DNA of 64,000 nt from an uncultured delta proteobacterium (GCA_963830715.1 CAWHNS010000001.1:70192-134191); one strand, 5' to 3'; counted from the stretch's first letter, positions 1-11,238 are shown. Notes: a model not told the origin generated them from the letters alone. Translations and numbers: made by a program.

Positions 1-537
1 GGCTTTCATATCGATGACGCCAGATTCGCGCGGGCGCTCATGGCGATGGTCGCGGCATGGCCGGCGGCGTCGGTTCTTCTCCCGCTCGCGGCGGCCGCTT
101 CAGGCATCTATCTGCTGAGGTCGACGGCCCTGGTGGAAAAGCTCTTTGCTGGTACTCTCGTCGGATATTCCTGCGTTGTCGTCGCCGCGCACCTGGTGGT
201 CGTTCCGGCGTTAGCCAAAACGCTGACACTGAAGCCTTTCGCGCTCGAGCTTGTCCGGATCGTTGACGGCAATAGAGTCGCCAGCCTCGCGGAAGGAGCC
301 AACTTCGACGTTGCATTTTACTGCAAGCGCGACATACCGGTGGTCTCGTCCAGCGAGGCGGACGGAATCGATTACCTGCTGTGCTCGCGTCGCTCATACG
401 ATCTCCAGCCGAAGAAATTCCGAGAGCGCTTTGTAAGCGTGCTGGAGAGCGGACCGACCAACTTCAGAGGCGAAGGCCGAATGCTGCTTCTTCACCGTGT
501 CGACCCTCCGGCGAAAGACGCCGGCTTGAGCATCTGA
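1..537 (+). CDS. 3' part of a membrane protein gene (5' end lies outside the window); probably a paralogue of the following ArnT/PMT-like gene
   Basis: The frame is open from base 1 to TGA 535-537. Hydrophobic helices are followed by a soluble tail whose layout resembles the C-terminus of the next gene. The stop overlaps the next ATG (TGATG). Confidence 0.45.
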   Translation, partial: GFHIDDARFARALMAMVAAWPAASVLLPLAAAASGIYLLRSTALVEKLFAGTLVGYSCVVVAAHLVVVPALAKTLTLKPFALELVRIVDGNRVASLAEGANFDVAFYCKRDIPVVSSSEADGIDYLLCSRRSYDLQPKKFRERFVSVLESGPTNFRGEGRMLLLHRVDPPAKDAGLSI

Positions 538-2132
538 TGGCGGAAGTGCGGAGCGCGCCGTCGGAACGCACAGGCCGCGTGTGGCAACTCGCCGCGATCG
601 CCGGGATCGGTGGCCTGGTCGCGTTCCTTACTGTCAACCGGCTCGGCGCATCCGATGTGTGTGGAAGCAACGAGGCGGTCGAGGCGATCGCTCTGCGGCA
701 GATGGTCGAGCATGGGCAATGGTTATTTCCCCTCGACAATGGAGCCGAGCCCATGTACAAGCCGCCGCTTTTCCATTGGACCGCCAGCGCGCTCGACCGA
801 CTCCTCGGTATCAAGCACGTGACGCCTTTCAACCTTCGCCTCACCTCGGCGCTTTACGGCGTCGGCGGTGCGCTTCTGACAACCGGATTCGCATTCGCGC
901 GGCTCGGACTGGAGGGTGCAGTGGTGTCCGGCCTGGCCCTGGCCGCCTCCTATGAATACGTGAGTCAGGGCCGCATCGGACGGGTCAACATGACGCTGAC
1001 GTTCTTCGAGATGCTCTCGCTCGTAAGCTTTCTTGCCTGGCTCGAAGCCGCCGAATCGTTCGAGGTCCGGCGCAACGCGCTGCGCTATCTGTTGGCGGCG
1101 TCACTCGGTCTGGGCGTGCTGGCGAAAGGGCCGGTGGGACTGCTGATGCCGGGCATCGCGATCGGGGTCTTTCTTTTTCTCGAAGGGCGATGGACTGATC
1201 TTCGCCGACTATTTACGCCGCTCTCCGCCTTGGTCACGTTTTCAGTCGCGTCGAGCTGGTACCTTGCATGCCTGCTGGGGCGGCAGTTCGGCCTTTTGGC
1301 TCGACAACTGGGCAGCGAAAATCTCGGCCGCTTCTTCGGCTCGCTCGGCCGAATGTCCGCCTGGTATTATGTACAGCCGCTTTTGCTGAATGCCGGCCCG
1401 CTGAGTCTCGTGGTTCCCGTGATCGTGGGAACCGCGCTCGTCCAGTATCGAAGCCCACACAATCGGCGCGTGGGACTCGCTCGCGGCGATGCTCCCGCGG
1501 ATAGAATGGCGCGGCTTTTGGCAATCTTCTGGGTGGTGACGGTGATCTTCTTCGAACTGGCCGCTTACAAGCGCAAGTCCTATCTGCTGCCGTTGTCGCC
1601 CGCTTCAGGCCTGCTGATCGCGTGGTGGGTCTACCGCTATGGAGTCCCGCGATTCGGACGTATAGTCCCGCGCGCGACAATCGCGACGTGCGCGGCGTTG
1701 GTCGTCGCGAACTTCTTCTTTATCCCGTGGCGCGAAGTGAGGGAGTGCGGCGCCGTCCTCACGCCAGGCGAGACAATGCGATGGCCGTTCCGAGGCCGGC
1801 AGACGACTGAGCAGATCCGGTCTCGTCAGGCTGATTCATACCGGCAGTTGGCTGCGGAAACTAATCGAGCTGTGGGCAAAGATGGCTCGCTGTTCGTCTA
1901 TGGCTTCGATCGATCGATCGAACCGTTGGTTTTCTATCTCGACCGCAACGTGGTAGCTCTCACCGGACCGCTCGGGAGTGCACCGCCGGGCTACATACTG
2001 GTTCCCGGCGGCGTCTGGGCTGGTTTTTCAGGCAGCCGCTCGCGATTCGCCGAACTGCTCGCAGTGCCCCACGGCGAAGGCGCCATCGTGCTCCTTCACA
2101 GCAACAGCGCGGGCGGGAAATCAGGGAGCTGA
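537..2132 (+). CDS. ArnT/PMT-like (GT-C fold, GT39/GT83-type) polytopic membrane glycosyltransferase
   Basis: ATG 537 overlaps the previous stop. There are many TM segments. The first-loop motif SNEAVEAIALRQMVEHGQW..FP...YKPPLFHW matches my recall of the ArnT/PMT_2 pattern (DE..a..M...g.w..P....KPPL.yW), with Asn where Asp is usual. Confidence 0.7.
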   Translation: MAEVRSAPSERTGRVWQLAAIAGIGGLVAFLTVNRLGASDVCGSNEAVEAIALRQMVEHGQWLFPLDNGAEPMYKPPLFHWTASALDRLLGIKHVTPFNLRLTSALYGVGGALLTTGFAFARLGLEGAVVSGLALAASYEYVSQGRIGRVNMTLTFFEMLSLVSFLAWLEAAESFEVRRNALRYLLAASLGLGVLAKGPVGLLMPGIAIGVFLFLEGRWTDLRRLFTPLSALVTFSVASSWYLACLLGRQFGLLARQLGSENLGRFFGSLGRMSAWYYVQPLLLNAGPLSLVVPVIVGTALVQYRSPHNRRVGLARGDAPADRMARLLAIFWVVTVIFFELAAYKRKSYLLPLSPASGLLIAWWVYRYGVPRFGRIVPRATIATCAALVVANFFFIPWREVRECGAVLTPGETMRWPFRGRQTTEQIRSRQADSYRQLAAETNRAVGKDGSLFVYGFDRSIEPLVFYLDRNVVALTGPLGSAPPGYILVPGGVWAGFSGSRSRFAELLAVPHGEGAIVLLHSNSAGGKSGS

Positions 2133-2163
2133 CTCCCGCGTTCGGGGAAGAGGTACTCGATCC

Positions 2164-4089
2164 ATGTGCGGCATTTGCGGCGTAGTAAGCGTCACAGCGG
2201 CGGAGAGGATCGATTCGCTGGTCATCGAGCGCATGCGGGACACGATGCTGCATCGGGGACCCAATGACTGCGGATGCTATGTCGGGCCGGGGGTTGGGCT
2301 TGGTCATCGCCGGCTGTCGATCATCGACTTGCGTCCTGAAGGACGCCAGCCGATGGCGAACGAGGCAGGCAGCCATCGGATCGTTTTCAACGGCGAGATC
2401 TATAATTTTGCCGAGCATAGGCGATGGCTGATTGACCGCGGCCACGTGTTCCGATCGCTCACCGACACCGAAGTGGTGCTGCACTTGTACGAGGAAGTCG
2501 GCGCAGAATGCCTCGAACGGCTGCGCGGAATGTTTGCCTTCGCGATCTGGGATGAGCGCCGCCGCGTGTTGTTTATGGCGCGCGACCGTGTCGGCAAGAA
2601 ACCGCTCTTCTACTTCTGGGACGGGCGCCGGCTAATCTTCGGCTCCGAGCCCAAAGCGATCCTCGCTTTTCCCGGAATCTCCGCAGAGCCCGATCCCGAG
2701 GCCATCAACCTGTACGCGGCGCTCGGTTACGTGCCGAGTCCGCTCAGCGCTTTCAAGGGAATTCGCAAGCTGCCGCCGGCGCACTTTCTTGAATTCCGGG
2801 ACGGTCGAATCGAAGTCAAGCGGTACTGGGAACTCAGCTATCTTCCCAAGCTCCGGATTGGCGCGCGCGAGGCCCGGGAGGAGCTCGTCCAAAGACTGAC
2901 CGAATCGGTGAAGCTCAGGATGGTGAGCGATGTCCCGATCGGCGTGCTGCTGAGCGGTGGCATCGATTCGAGCGCGGTGGTCGCGCTGATGAGCCGGCTG
3001 ACTCCAGGCCGCGTTAAGACTTTTTCGATCGGGTTCAAGGAAAAGGATTACGACGAGACCGGCTATGCCAGACTGGTGGCCCGCAAGTTCGGCACCGAAC
3101 ATCATGAGTTCCAGGTCGAACCCGATGCGCTCGAAGTGATCGATCGGCTCGTATGGCATTACAACGAGCCCTATGGAGATGTGTCTGCGCTTCCCACTTA
3201 TTACTTGTGCAAGCTGGCGCGCGATAGCGTAACCGTGGCGCTGAACGGCGATGGCGGTGACGAAAATTTCGCCGGCTATGTCCGGCATTCGGTCAGCCTG
3301 CTCGCCAGTTATGTCGGCTGGATGCCACGCGTGGCGCGCCATTCATTGGGCCGCGCGCTGGCCGTCGCGTTCCGCATCCTCGGTCCCGAGGGGCGGCTCA
3401 AGCGTCATAGCTCGGTGCTTCCTGAAACCTTCCGGCTCGAACCCGGCGAGGTCTATCCGGCTCTGCTCTCGCAGTTCAACCGGGCGCATCGCCAGGCCCT
3501 CTACAGTTCGGATTTCGCCGCTCACGTGCGGTCGTTCGAGGGCGAGGAGCTGATCGCCAGATTGCAGTACCAGAGTGACGCGGATAACACCGTGGATCGG
3601 ATGCTCGCCGCGGACGTGGCTCTCTACCTCCCCGACGACCTTCTGGTCAAGTTCGACATCGCCGCCATGGCAGTATCGCTGGAGACGCGATCCCCGATGC
3701 TCGACCACAAGTTCATGGAATTCGTTGCGCGCCTTCCAGCCCGGTGGAAGATGAACTCGATCACACGCAAGGTGATCCTCAAGAAGGCGTTCAGAGGCAT
3801 CCTGCCAGATGAAATACTCCATCGGCGAAAGATGGGGTTCGGGGTTCCGATCGACCATTGGTTCAGAGGCGCGTTGAGCGACTTCCTGCGCGATACGCTA
3901 TTGAGCCGTCGTTCACTTGACCGGGGGTACTTCGATCGAAAGTACATCGAGAAGCTGGTCGAGGAGCACACCTGCGGCCGCAAGCAGTGGCAATACCTGC
4001 TATGGAACCTGCTGATGCTCGAACTGTGGCACCGCGTCTTCATCGACTCGGCGGTGCAAGCCGCTCCTCTGGCGGCCAGCGCCATCTGA
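2164..4089 (+). CDS. asnB: asparagine synthase (glutamine-hydrolysing)
   Basis: N-terminal MCGICG (Ntn Cys2), PP-loop LLSGGIDSS, and full-length AsnB-like sequence. Start chosen at ATG 2164 within ORF 1978..4089. Confidence 0.9.
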   Translation: MCGICGVVSVTAAERIDSLVIERMRDTMLHRGPNDCGCYVGPGVGLGHRRLSIIDLRPEGRQPMANEAGSHRIVFNGEIYNFAEHRRWLIDRGHVFRSLTDTEVVLHLYEEVGAECLERLRGMFAFAIWDERRRVLFMARDRVGKKPLFYFWDGRRLIFGSEPKAILAFPGISAEPDPEAINLYAALGYVPSPLSAFKGIRKLPPAHFLEFRDGRIEVKRYWELSYLPKLRIGAREAREELVQRLTESVKLRMVSDVPIGVLLSGGIDSSAVVALMSRLTPGRVKTFSIGFKEKDYDETGYARLVARKFGTEHHEFQVEPDALEVIDRLVWHYNEPYGDVSALPTYYLCKLARDSVTVALNGDGGDENFAGYVRHSVSLLASYVGWMPRVARHSLGRALAVAFRILGPEGRLKRHSSVLPETFRLEPGEVYPALLSQFNRAHRQALYSSDFAAHVRSFEGEELIARLQYQSDADNTVDRMLAADVALYLPDDLLVKFDIAAMAVSLETRSPMLDHKFMEFVARLPARWKMNSITRKVILKKAFRGILPDEILHRRKMGFGVPIDHWFRGALSDFLRDTLLSRRSLDRGYFDRKYIEKLVEEHTCGRKQWQYLLWNLLMLELWHRVFIDSAVQAAPLAASAI

Positions 4090-4320
4090 ACGGCGCTGGG
4101 GTTCGGCGGCAACCGGCGGTCGATCCCCGTTTCCCGCCAATGAGCGCAACATCTGCACCAGGTGCGCCAGGTTCCGGGCCGCCGCCGCGTACCCGGTCCG
4201 TACTTCCATTTTCCTCGCCCCTTCGGGCGCAACGGACGCCATCTTTTCTTTGGCGCCGGGAACGGCTAATTCTCATCGTGCGGCATCCGACGCCGTTCGA
4301 ATACCAGCCAGGGAAGCCTG

Positions 4321-5253
4321 ATGTCACTACAGCTCATTAAGCCCGATATCAATCTCGATTTCGTCGGCAAGCGATACTTTTTCGTCGCGGTTTCGACCGC
4401 GATCAACATCGCGGCAATTCTGTTGCTGATCTTCGTCGGCCTGAACTACGGGGTCGACTTCGCCGGCGGCAGCGTCGTCCAGGTGCGCTTCAGTAAAGAT
4501 ACCACGGGCGACGTGATCCGCAGGTCGCTCGCGCCGCTCGACTTGGGCGAGATTACGGTGCAGGACTTCGGCAAGGCCGGACGCGAATTCCTGATCCGCT
4601 TCGAGAAGGTCAAGAACATCGCCGGCTTGTCCAGGAAACTGGAGGGCGCGCTGAACCAGGCTTACGGCAGCAAGGTTGCCGAAGTGGTGCGGGTCGAGAC
4701 GGTCGGCGCGAAGGTCGGCAAGGATCTTCGCGAAGACGCGATTCTTGCGATCGTCGCCGCGACCATCTTCATGGGCGTGTTCATCGCCTTGCAGTTTCGC
4801 AACGTCAGTTGGAGTTTCGGCGCGGGTGCGGTGATCGCGCTGATCCATGACGTGCTGGTGGTGGTCGGCGCGCTGGTGGTCTCGCAGCTCCAGTTCGATC
4901 TGACCACGCTGGCCGCGCTGCTCACCGTGATCGGCTATTCGGTCCACGATACGATTATCGTGTCCGACCGGATCCGCGAGGACGCCGCCAAGCGCCGCCG
5001 CGAGCCGATCGGCGAAATCATGAACCGCGCCATCAACGAGACCCTCTCCCGGACGATCCTTACCTCCGGGACCGCGATGACGGTGCTGATCGCGCTGCTG
5101 GCGCTGGGCGGGCCGATCCTGAGGCCGTCGGCGTTCACGCTTCTGGTCGGCGTCATCACCGGCACTTATTCGTCGATCTATATCGCCGGCCCGGTGGTGC
5201 TGTTCTGGGAAGGCAGGGGCACGGGCCGTCGTCCCGTCTCTCGCGCCGCGTAA
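4321..5253 (+). CDS. secF: protein-export membrane protein SecF
   Basis: 310 aa with a typical SecF N-terminus (..IDFVGKRYFF...GLNYGVDFAGG) and C-terminal TM bundle. No secD is adjacent. Confidence 0.9.
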   Translation: MSLQLIKPDINLDFVGKRYFFVAVSTAINIAAILLLIFVGLNYGVDFAGGSVVQVRFSKDTTGDVIRRSLAPLDLGEITVQDFGKAGREFLIRFEKVKNIAGLSRKLEGALNQAYGSKVAEVVRVETVGAKVGKDLREDAILAIVAATIFMGVFIALQFRNVSWSFGAGAVIALIHDVLVVVGALVVSQLQFDLTTLAALLTVIGYSVHDTIIVSDRIREDAAKRRREPIGEIMNRAINETLSRTILTSGTAMTVLIALLALGGPILRPSAFTLLVGVITGTYSSIYIAGPVVLFWEGRGTGRRPVSRAA

Positions 5254-5277
5254 CCGGATTGCCAAGGCGGGCGGGCT

Positions 5278-5631
5278 TTGGCGCGCGCAGAAGACCTCTC
5301 CCCCGGCCCCTCTCCTAAGGACGGAGAGGGAAGAAGAGTCCGGTTGCGGACGGCGCGTGGGACGTACGTTCTGAGCGCGGACGGGGAGCCTCTGCGATCG
5401 GAGTCGAGTGTCGTCGTCACGCTGACTCTTGAACACGCCGACGGGATCGAGCGAATTGCGTTTCGATGCGCGATCGCCGATCGGGGCGATCGCACCGGCG
5501 CGATACTTGAAATGCTCGCGCCGTGGATCGAGCGCCAATTCGAGCAGCTCCGCGAGGCGGCGCTCAAGTCGATACGCTCGGAAGGCAAGCTCTTGCAGGT
5601 AGAATTTCTACCCAACGACGATCCCGCATAG
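5278..5631 (+). CDS. hypothetical protein (start uncertain; the N-terminal ~20 codons run over a palindromic repeat)
   Basis: ORF of 117 aa ending 4 nt before the next gene. I recognise no motif. Confidence 0.3.
   Translation: MARAEDLSPGPSPKDGEGRRVRLRTARGTYVLSADGEPLRSESSVVVTLTLEHADGIERIAFRCAIADRGDRTGAILEMLAPWIERQFEQLREAALKSIRSEGKLLQVEFLPNDDPA
5309..5329. repeat. perfect 7-bp stem hairpin (CCTCTCC-taaggac-GGAGAGG) preceded by a direct copy CCTCTCCC; small GC-rich palindromic element downstream of secF
   Basis: Read directly from the sequence. It translates as ..SPGPSPKDGEG.., a peptide signature typical of spurious ORFs over such elements (recall). Confidence 0.5.
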
Positions 5632-5635
5632 GCCA

Positions 5636-6124
5636 ATGGACGTTCAAGTGAGGCCGGCGCGCGAGAGCGACATACCGGAGCTCGCGCGACTGATCGGCGC
5701 GATCGGCGCCTATCACGAGACGATCGACGATCGGGTGCGCGTCGATTGGGAAGAGATTCGCGACGCTCCCAACTGGCTGAAGCTCATCCTGAACCGGGAC
5801 CATCACGCGATATGGGTCGCCGACCACGGCGACGGCAAACTGGTCGGCTATCTCTGGGTGAGGCTCCATCGCCAGCGCCAGGGGTACCTGCCCAAGGTCA
5901 CCGGCTACATCAGCAACGCTTTCATGCAGGAAGCCTGGCGAGGGAAGGGCCTGATGAAACCGATGCTGGAGCTCGCCTACGACTGGTTCCGGGACAAGGG
6001 CATCACGGTGGTGACGCTCGGCGTGCTCCATCGCAACTGGATTGGCTCGTCGGCATGGTACAAGCTGGGCTTCGAAGCGTGGAACGAGGAGCGCCGGATG
6101 GTCCTCAAGCCGCGCGCGAAATAG
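5636..6124 (+). CDS. GNAT family N-acetyltransferase
   Basis: 162 aa with the acetyl-CoA loop ..QEAWRGKGLMKPML.. (R/Q-x-x-G-x-G/A). Confidence 0.8.
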   Translation: MDVQVRPARESDIPELARLIGAIGAYHETIDDRVRVDWEEIRDAPNWLKLILNRDHHAIWVADHGDGKLVGYLWVRLHRQRQGYLPKVTGYISNAFMQEAWRGKGLMKPMLELAYDWFRDKGITVVTLGVLHRNWIGSSAWYKLGFEAWNEERRMVLKPRAK

Positions 6125-6190
6125 CTCTGGAGAGCGCAGAATCGGGCGCCTCGAACCGCCCTGACCATCCGGTTCGCGCCCCTCCGTTTC

Positions 6191-6207
6191 CCCTTGACAA
6201 TCAAGGG
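6191..6207. promoter_or_regulatory. perfect palindrome CCCTTGA-caa-TCAAGGG containing a TTGACA hexamer
   Basis: Read directly. It lies about 150 bp upstream of iscS in the only sizeable AT-richer gap of this region. Confidence 0.35.
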
Positions 6208-6215
6208 AAATCGCC

Positions 6216-6240
6216 TTACTTGACTTGATGAGTCTGCTAT
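6216..6240 (+). promoter_or_regulatory. candidate IscR (Rrf2) type-1-like operator upstream of iscS
   Basis: TTACTTGACTTGATGAGTCTGCTAT matches 20 of 25 positions of the recalled E. coli type-1 consensus ATASYYGACTRWWWYAGTCRRSTAT, including the GACT-N5-AGTC core. Confidence 0.4.
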
Positions 6241-6263
6241 TGTGGACGCGGCGTTTCCAAGGT

Positions 6264-6294
6264 TTGACAACCACGGTTGGATGAGCAATAGTAT
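6264..6294 (+). promoter_or_regulatory. possible sigma70-type promoter for the isc operon
   Basis: TTGACA at 6264-6269, followed by AATAGT (17-nt spacer) or TAGTAT (19-nt spacer), about 60 nt upstream of iscS. Confidence 0.3.
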
Positions 6295-6353
6295 ACCCAG
6301 CCGGTCCACTAATATGGCGATGGGGAAAAGGGGACGTGGGTTAGAGGGCTGTA

Positions 6354-7574
6354 ATGGTTAAGTTGCCGATATACATGGACAATCACGCGACGACCCCGAT
6401 GGATCGCCGCGTACTTGATGCGATGCTCCCGTACTTCACGGAGAAGTTCGGCAATGCTGCCAGCCGCAATCACGGTTTTGGATGGGAAGCTGAGGAGGCG
6501 GTCGACAAGGCGCGAAATCAAATCGCCACGCTGATCGGCGCGAAGGCCAAAGAGATCATCTTTACCAGCGGCGCGACCGAATCGGACAATCTGGCGATCA
6601 AGGGAATCGTCGAGTTCTACAAGGACAAGGGCAATCACGTAATCACCTGCGTCACCGAGCATAAGGCGGTGCTCGACAGTTGCAGAGCGCTCGAACGTCA
6701 GGGCAAGGCGACCGTCACCTACTTGCCGGTGGATAAGTACGGGATGGTCGATCCGGATCAGGTGCGCAAGGCGATTACTGACAAGACCGTGCTGATCACG
6801 ATCATGTATGCCAATAACGAGATCGGCACGATTCATCCGATCGCCGAGATCGGCCGGATCGCCAAGGAGAAGCAGATCGTCTTCCATTGCGATGCAACTC
6901 AGGGCGTCGGCAAGGTCCCGGTCGATGTCGAGAAGACCGGTATCGATCTCCTCTCGATGAGCGCGCACAAGATTTACGGTCCCAAGGGTATCGGCGCGCT
7001 GTACGTGCGCTCCAAGGGTCCGCGCGTGCGGCTGACGCCCGCGATGGACGGCGGAGGGCATGAGCGCGGGATGCGCTCGGGCACGCTGAACGTCACCGGT
7101 ATCGTCGGGTTCGGCGCGGCCTGCGAACTCGCCGGGATGGAGATGCCCGAAGAGGGCAGGCGGCTTATCGAGCTGCGCGACAAGCTCCAGGCGGGAATCT
7201 TCGAGCGGCTGGACGAGGTGTACTTGAACGGCCATCCGACCGAACGGCTGCCCGGTAACCTCAACGTGAGTTTCGCCTATGTCGAGGGTGAGTCGCTGCT
7301 GATGGGTATCAACGATATCGCGGTGAGCTCGGGGTCGGCGTGTACCTCGGCCACCCTGGAACCGTCATACGTAATTCGCGCGCTGGGCGTAAACGAAGAG
7401 CTCGCGCACAGTTCGATCCGGTTCGGGCTGGGGCGTTTCAACACCGAAGAGGAAGTCGATTTCGTGACCGATCGGGTCTCGAAGGAAGTGAAGCGGCTGC
7501 GCGAGATGTCGCCGCTTTACGAGATGGCCCGCGAGGGTATCGACCTAAAGTCGGTCCAGTGGAAGGCAGAGTAG
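6354..7574 (+). CDS. iscS: cysteine desulfurase IscS
   Basis: [15 protein letters not shown].. N-terminus, PLP-lysine motif [10 protein letters not shown], and active-site loop SSGSACTS. Confidence 0.95.
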   Translation: MVKLPIYMDNHATTPMDRRVLDAMLPYFTEKFGNAASRNHGFGWEAEEAVDKARNQIATLIGAKAKEIIFTSGATESDNLAIKGIVEFYKDKGNHVITCVTEHKAVLDSCRALERQGKATVTYLPVDKYGMVDPDQVRKAITDKTVLITIMYANNEIGTIHPIAEIGRIAKEKQIVFHCDATQGVGKVPVDVEKTGIDLLSMSAHKIYGPKGIGALYVRSKGPRVRLTPAMDGGGHERGMRSGTLNVTGIVGFGAACELAGMEMPEEGRRLIELRDKLQAGIFERLDEVYLNGHPTERLPGNLNVSFAYVEGESLLMGINDIAVSSGSACTSATLEPSYVIRALGVNEELAHSSIRFGLGRFNTEEEVDFVTDRVSKEVKRLREMSPLYEMAREGIDLKSVQWKAE

Positions 7575-7601
7575 GGAAGCATTAATCGCGCGGAGGGGAT
7601 C

Positions 7602-8018
7602 ATGGCTTATTCGAGCAAGGTTCTCGATCACTACAACAATCCTCGCAACGTCGGCAGCTTTGCGAAGGACGAGCCCAACGTCGGCACCGGCGTGGTGGGC
7701 GCGCCCGAGTGCGGCGACGTGATGAAGCTGCAGCTCAAGATCAGCGACCAGGGCGTGATCGAGGACGCGCGCTTCAAGACCTTCGGATGCGGCAGCGCGA
7801 TTGCCAGCTCGAGCTACGTGACCGAGCTGGTCAAGGGCAAGCGAATCGACGAGGCGATCGCGATCAAGAATACCGTGATCGTCAAGGAGCTGAGCCTGCC
7901 GCCGGTCAAGATTCACTGCTCGGTGCTCGCCGAGGACGCGATCAAGGCGGCGATTACCGACTGGAAGAAGCGCAGGGGCGCCGTCAGCAGCGAGCCGGAC
8001 AAGGCGGCCGAAGGCTGA
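7602..8018 (+). CDS. iscU: Fe-S cluster assembly scaffold IscU
   Basis: Three ligand cysteines in GAPECGDV, FGCGSAIASS and HCSVLAEDA. Confidence 0.95.
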   Translation: MAYSSKVLDHYNNPRNVGSFAKDEPNVGTGVVGAPECGDVMKLQLKISDQGVIEDARFKTFGCGSAIASSSYVTELVKGKRIDEAIAIKNTVIVKELSLPPVKIHCSVLAEDAIKAAITDWKKRRGAVSSEPDKAAEG

Positions 8019-8025
8019 GCACAAC

Positions 8026-8346
8026 GTGGCAAGCCTTTCGCTATCGGAGCGCGCGGCGAGCAGGATCAAGCAGCTCGTCGCCGATCAGCCCGGGGCAGGC
8101 CTGCGGGTGAAAGTCGTGGGCGGCGGATGCTCGGGATTGCAGTACCGGATGGAGATCGACGCGGCCAAGGATCGCGACAAAGTCTTCGAGCGCGACGGCG
8201 CGCGCCTGATCGTGGACAAGAAGAGCTTTTTGTACTTGAACGGCTCCGAACTGGACTACGCCGAGGAACTGATGTCGGCCGGGTTCAAGCTCGTGAACCC
8301 TAACGTCAAGCGCGCGTGCGGATGCGGGGAATCGTTCACCGTATGA
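8026..8346 (+). CDS. iscA: A-type Fe-S carrier IscA
   Basis: GTG start. Contains GGGCSG and the C-terminal CGCGESF motif. Confidence 0.9.
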   Translation: MASLSLSERAASRIKQLVADQPGAGLRVKVVGGGCSGLQYRMEIDAAKDRDKVFERDGARLIVDKKSFLYLNGSELDYAEELMSAGFKLVNPNVKRACGCGESFTV

Positions 8347-8373
8347 ACGATCGGATGCGGGAGCAGCGCAACC

Positions 8374-9020
8374 ATGGTGCAATGTCCCTCGTGCGCACGG
8401 CCGTGCGAGCCGTGCCTGATCTGTCCCGATTGCGGATCGCCGATCGGGGCTGAGCTGGATTGCTTCGCCGCGCTGGGTTTGCCGCGCCGGCTCGTGATCG
8501 ATCCTGGTTCGCTCGAACAGATCTACCACGACCTGGGGCGCCGCGTTCATCCGGACCGCTTCGCCGCGAGTCCCCCGGCGCTCCGCGACGCAAGCCTCAA
8601 GAGCACCGCGCTTCTCACCCGCAGCTATCGCGCGTTGCGCGACCCGGTGAGCCGCGGGCGCTACTGGCTGGAATTGAACGGAGAAAAGCTGGCCGAGGAC
8701 AACAAGCAGGTGCCGCCCGAAATCGCGATGCTGGTGTTCGAGGTGCAGGAGCAGATTGGTGAGTTGCGCGAGGCGGCCGATCGGACCGGCGCGCGCGATT
8801 TCGCCGCGGCGATCGGGCAGCGGCGCGCGGAGCTTCATGAATTGATGGAACAGGCCAATGAGGAACTGGCCGCCAATTTCGCCCGATGGGATGAAGCCGA
8901 TCCGGATCGCGACAAACGCGCCGCTCTCATCGGCGATCTGAAGCGCATCCTCTCCCGGATCGCCTATCTTCGCACTCTGATTCGCGACGTCGATCGGGGA
9001 CTGGAGGCGGCCGGAACGGC

Positions 9021-9024
<4 letters not shown>
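8374..9024 (+). CDS. hscB: co-chaperone HscB (J-domain) with an N-terminal Cys-rich extension
   Basis: HPD motif (RRVHPDRF), HscB-like C-terminal helical region, and N-terminal CPSC..C..C..CPDC. Confidence 0.85.
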
Positions 9025-10928
<1,904 letters not shown>

Positions 10929-11000
10929 AGGACCTGTTGAGAAACGATCACTGAGTGCTAGCCTCAGTATTGACAAAGGACTATACGGAGGGCAGAGCCG

Positions 11001-11222
11001 ATGGGACTCAAATGGGATCAGGCCGAGGATCTCGCCGAAGTGCTGGCCGAGAACCATCCCGGGCTTAATCCGCTCGATGTCCGCTTTACGGATCTGCGCC
11101 AGTGGGTAGTCGATCTTGATGAATTCGACGATGATCCGGGGGCGTCAAGTGAGGCGAAGCTGGAAGCCATCCAGATGGCGTGGAACGAGTTGTACGAGGA
11201 GCAGAGCGAGGATGATGAATAG
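11001..11222 (+). CDS. iscX: Fe-S assembly protein IscX (YfhJ)
   Basis: 73 aa: MGLKWDQAEDLAE...VRFTDLRQWV.DL.EFDDDP closely follows my recall of E. coli IscX. Confidence 0.85.
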   Translation: MGLKWDQAEDLAEVLAENHPGLNPLDVRFTDLRQWVVDLDEFDDDPGASSEAKLEAIQMAWNELYEEQSEDDE

Positions 11223-11238
11223 CCGGCAAAAGGCCGGC
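11222..11238 (+). terminator. short GC hairpin (GCCGGC-aaaag-GCCGGC) at the iscX stop; weak terminator candidate
   Basis: Read directly. No U-tract follows. Confidence 0.3.

Noticed and set aside
5278-6124. Small upstream ORF plus GNAT as a GNAT/RHH-type toxin-antitoxin pair.
   Set aside because: The upstream product shows no RHH/DUF1778-like helical pattern, and its 5' part runs over a palindromic repeat. The GNAT looks like an ordinary acetyltransferase. There is no overlap coupling.
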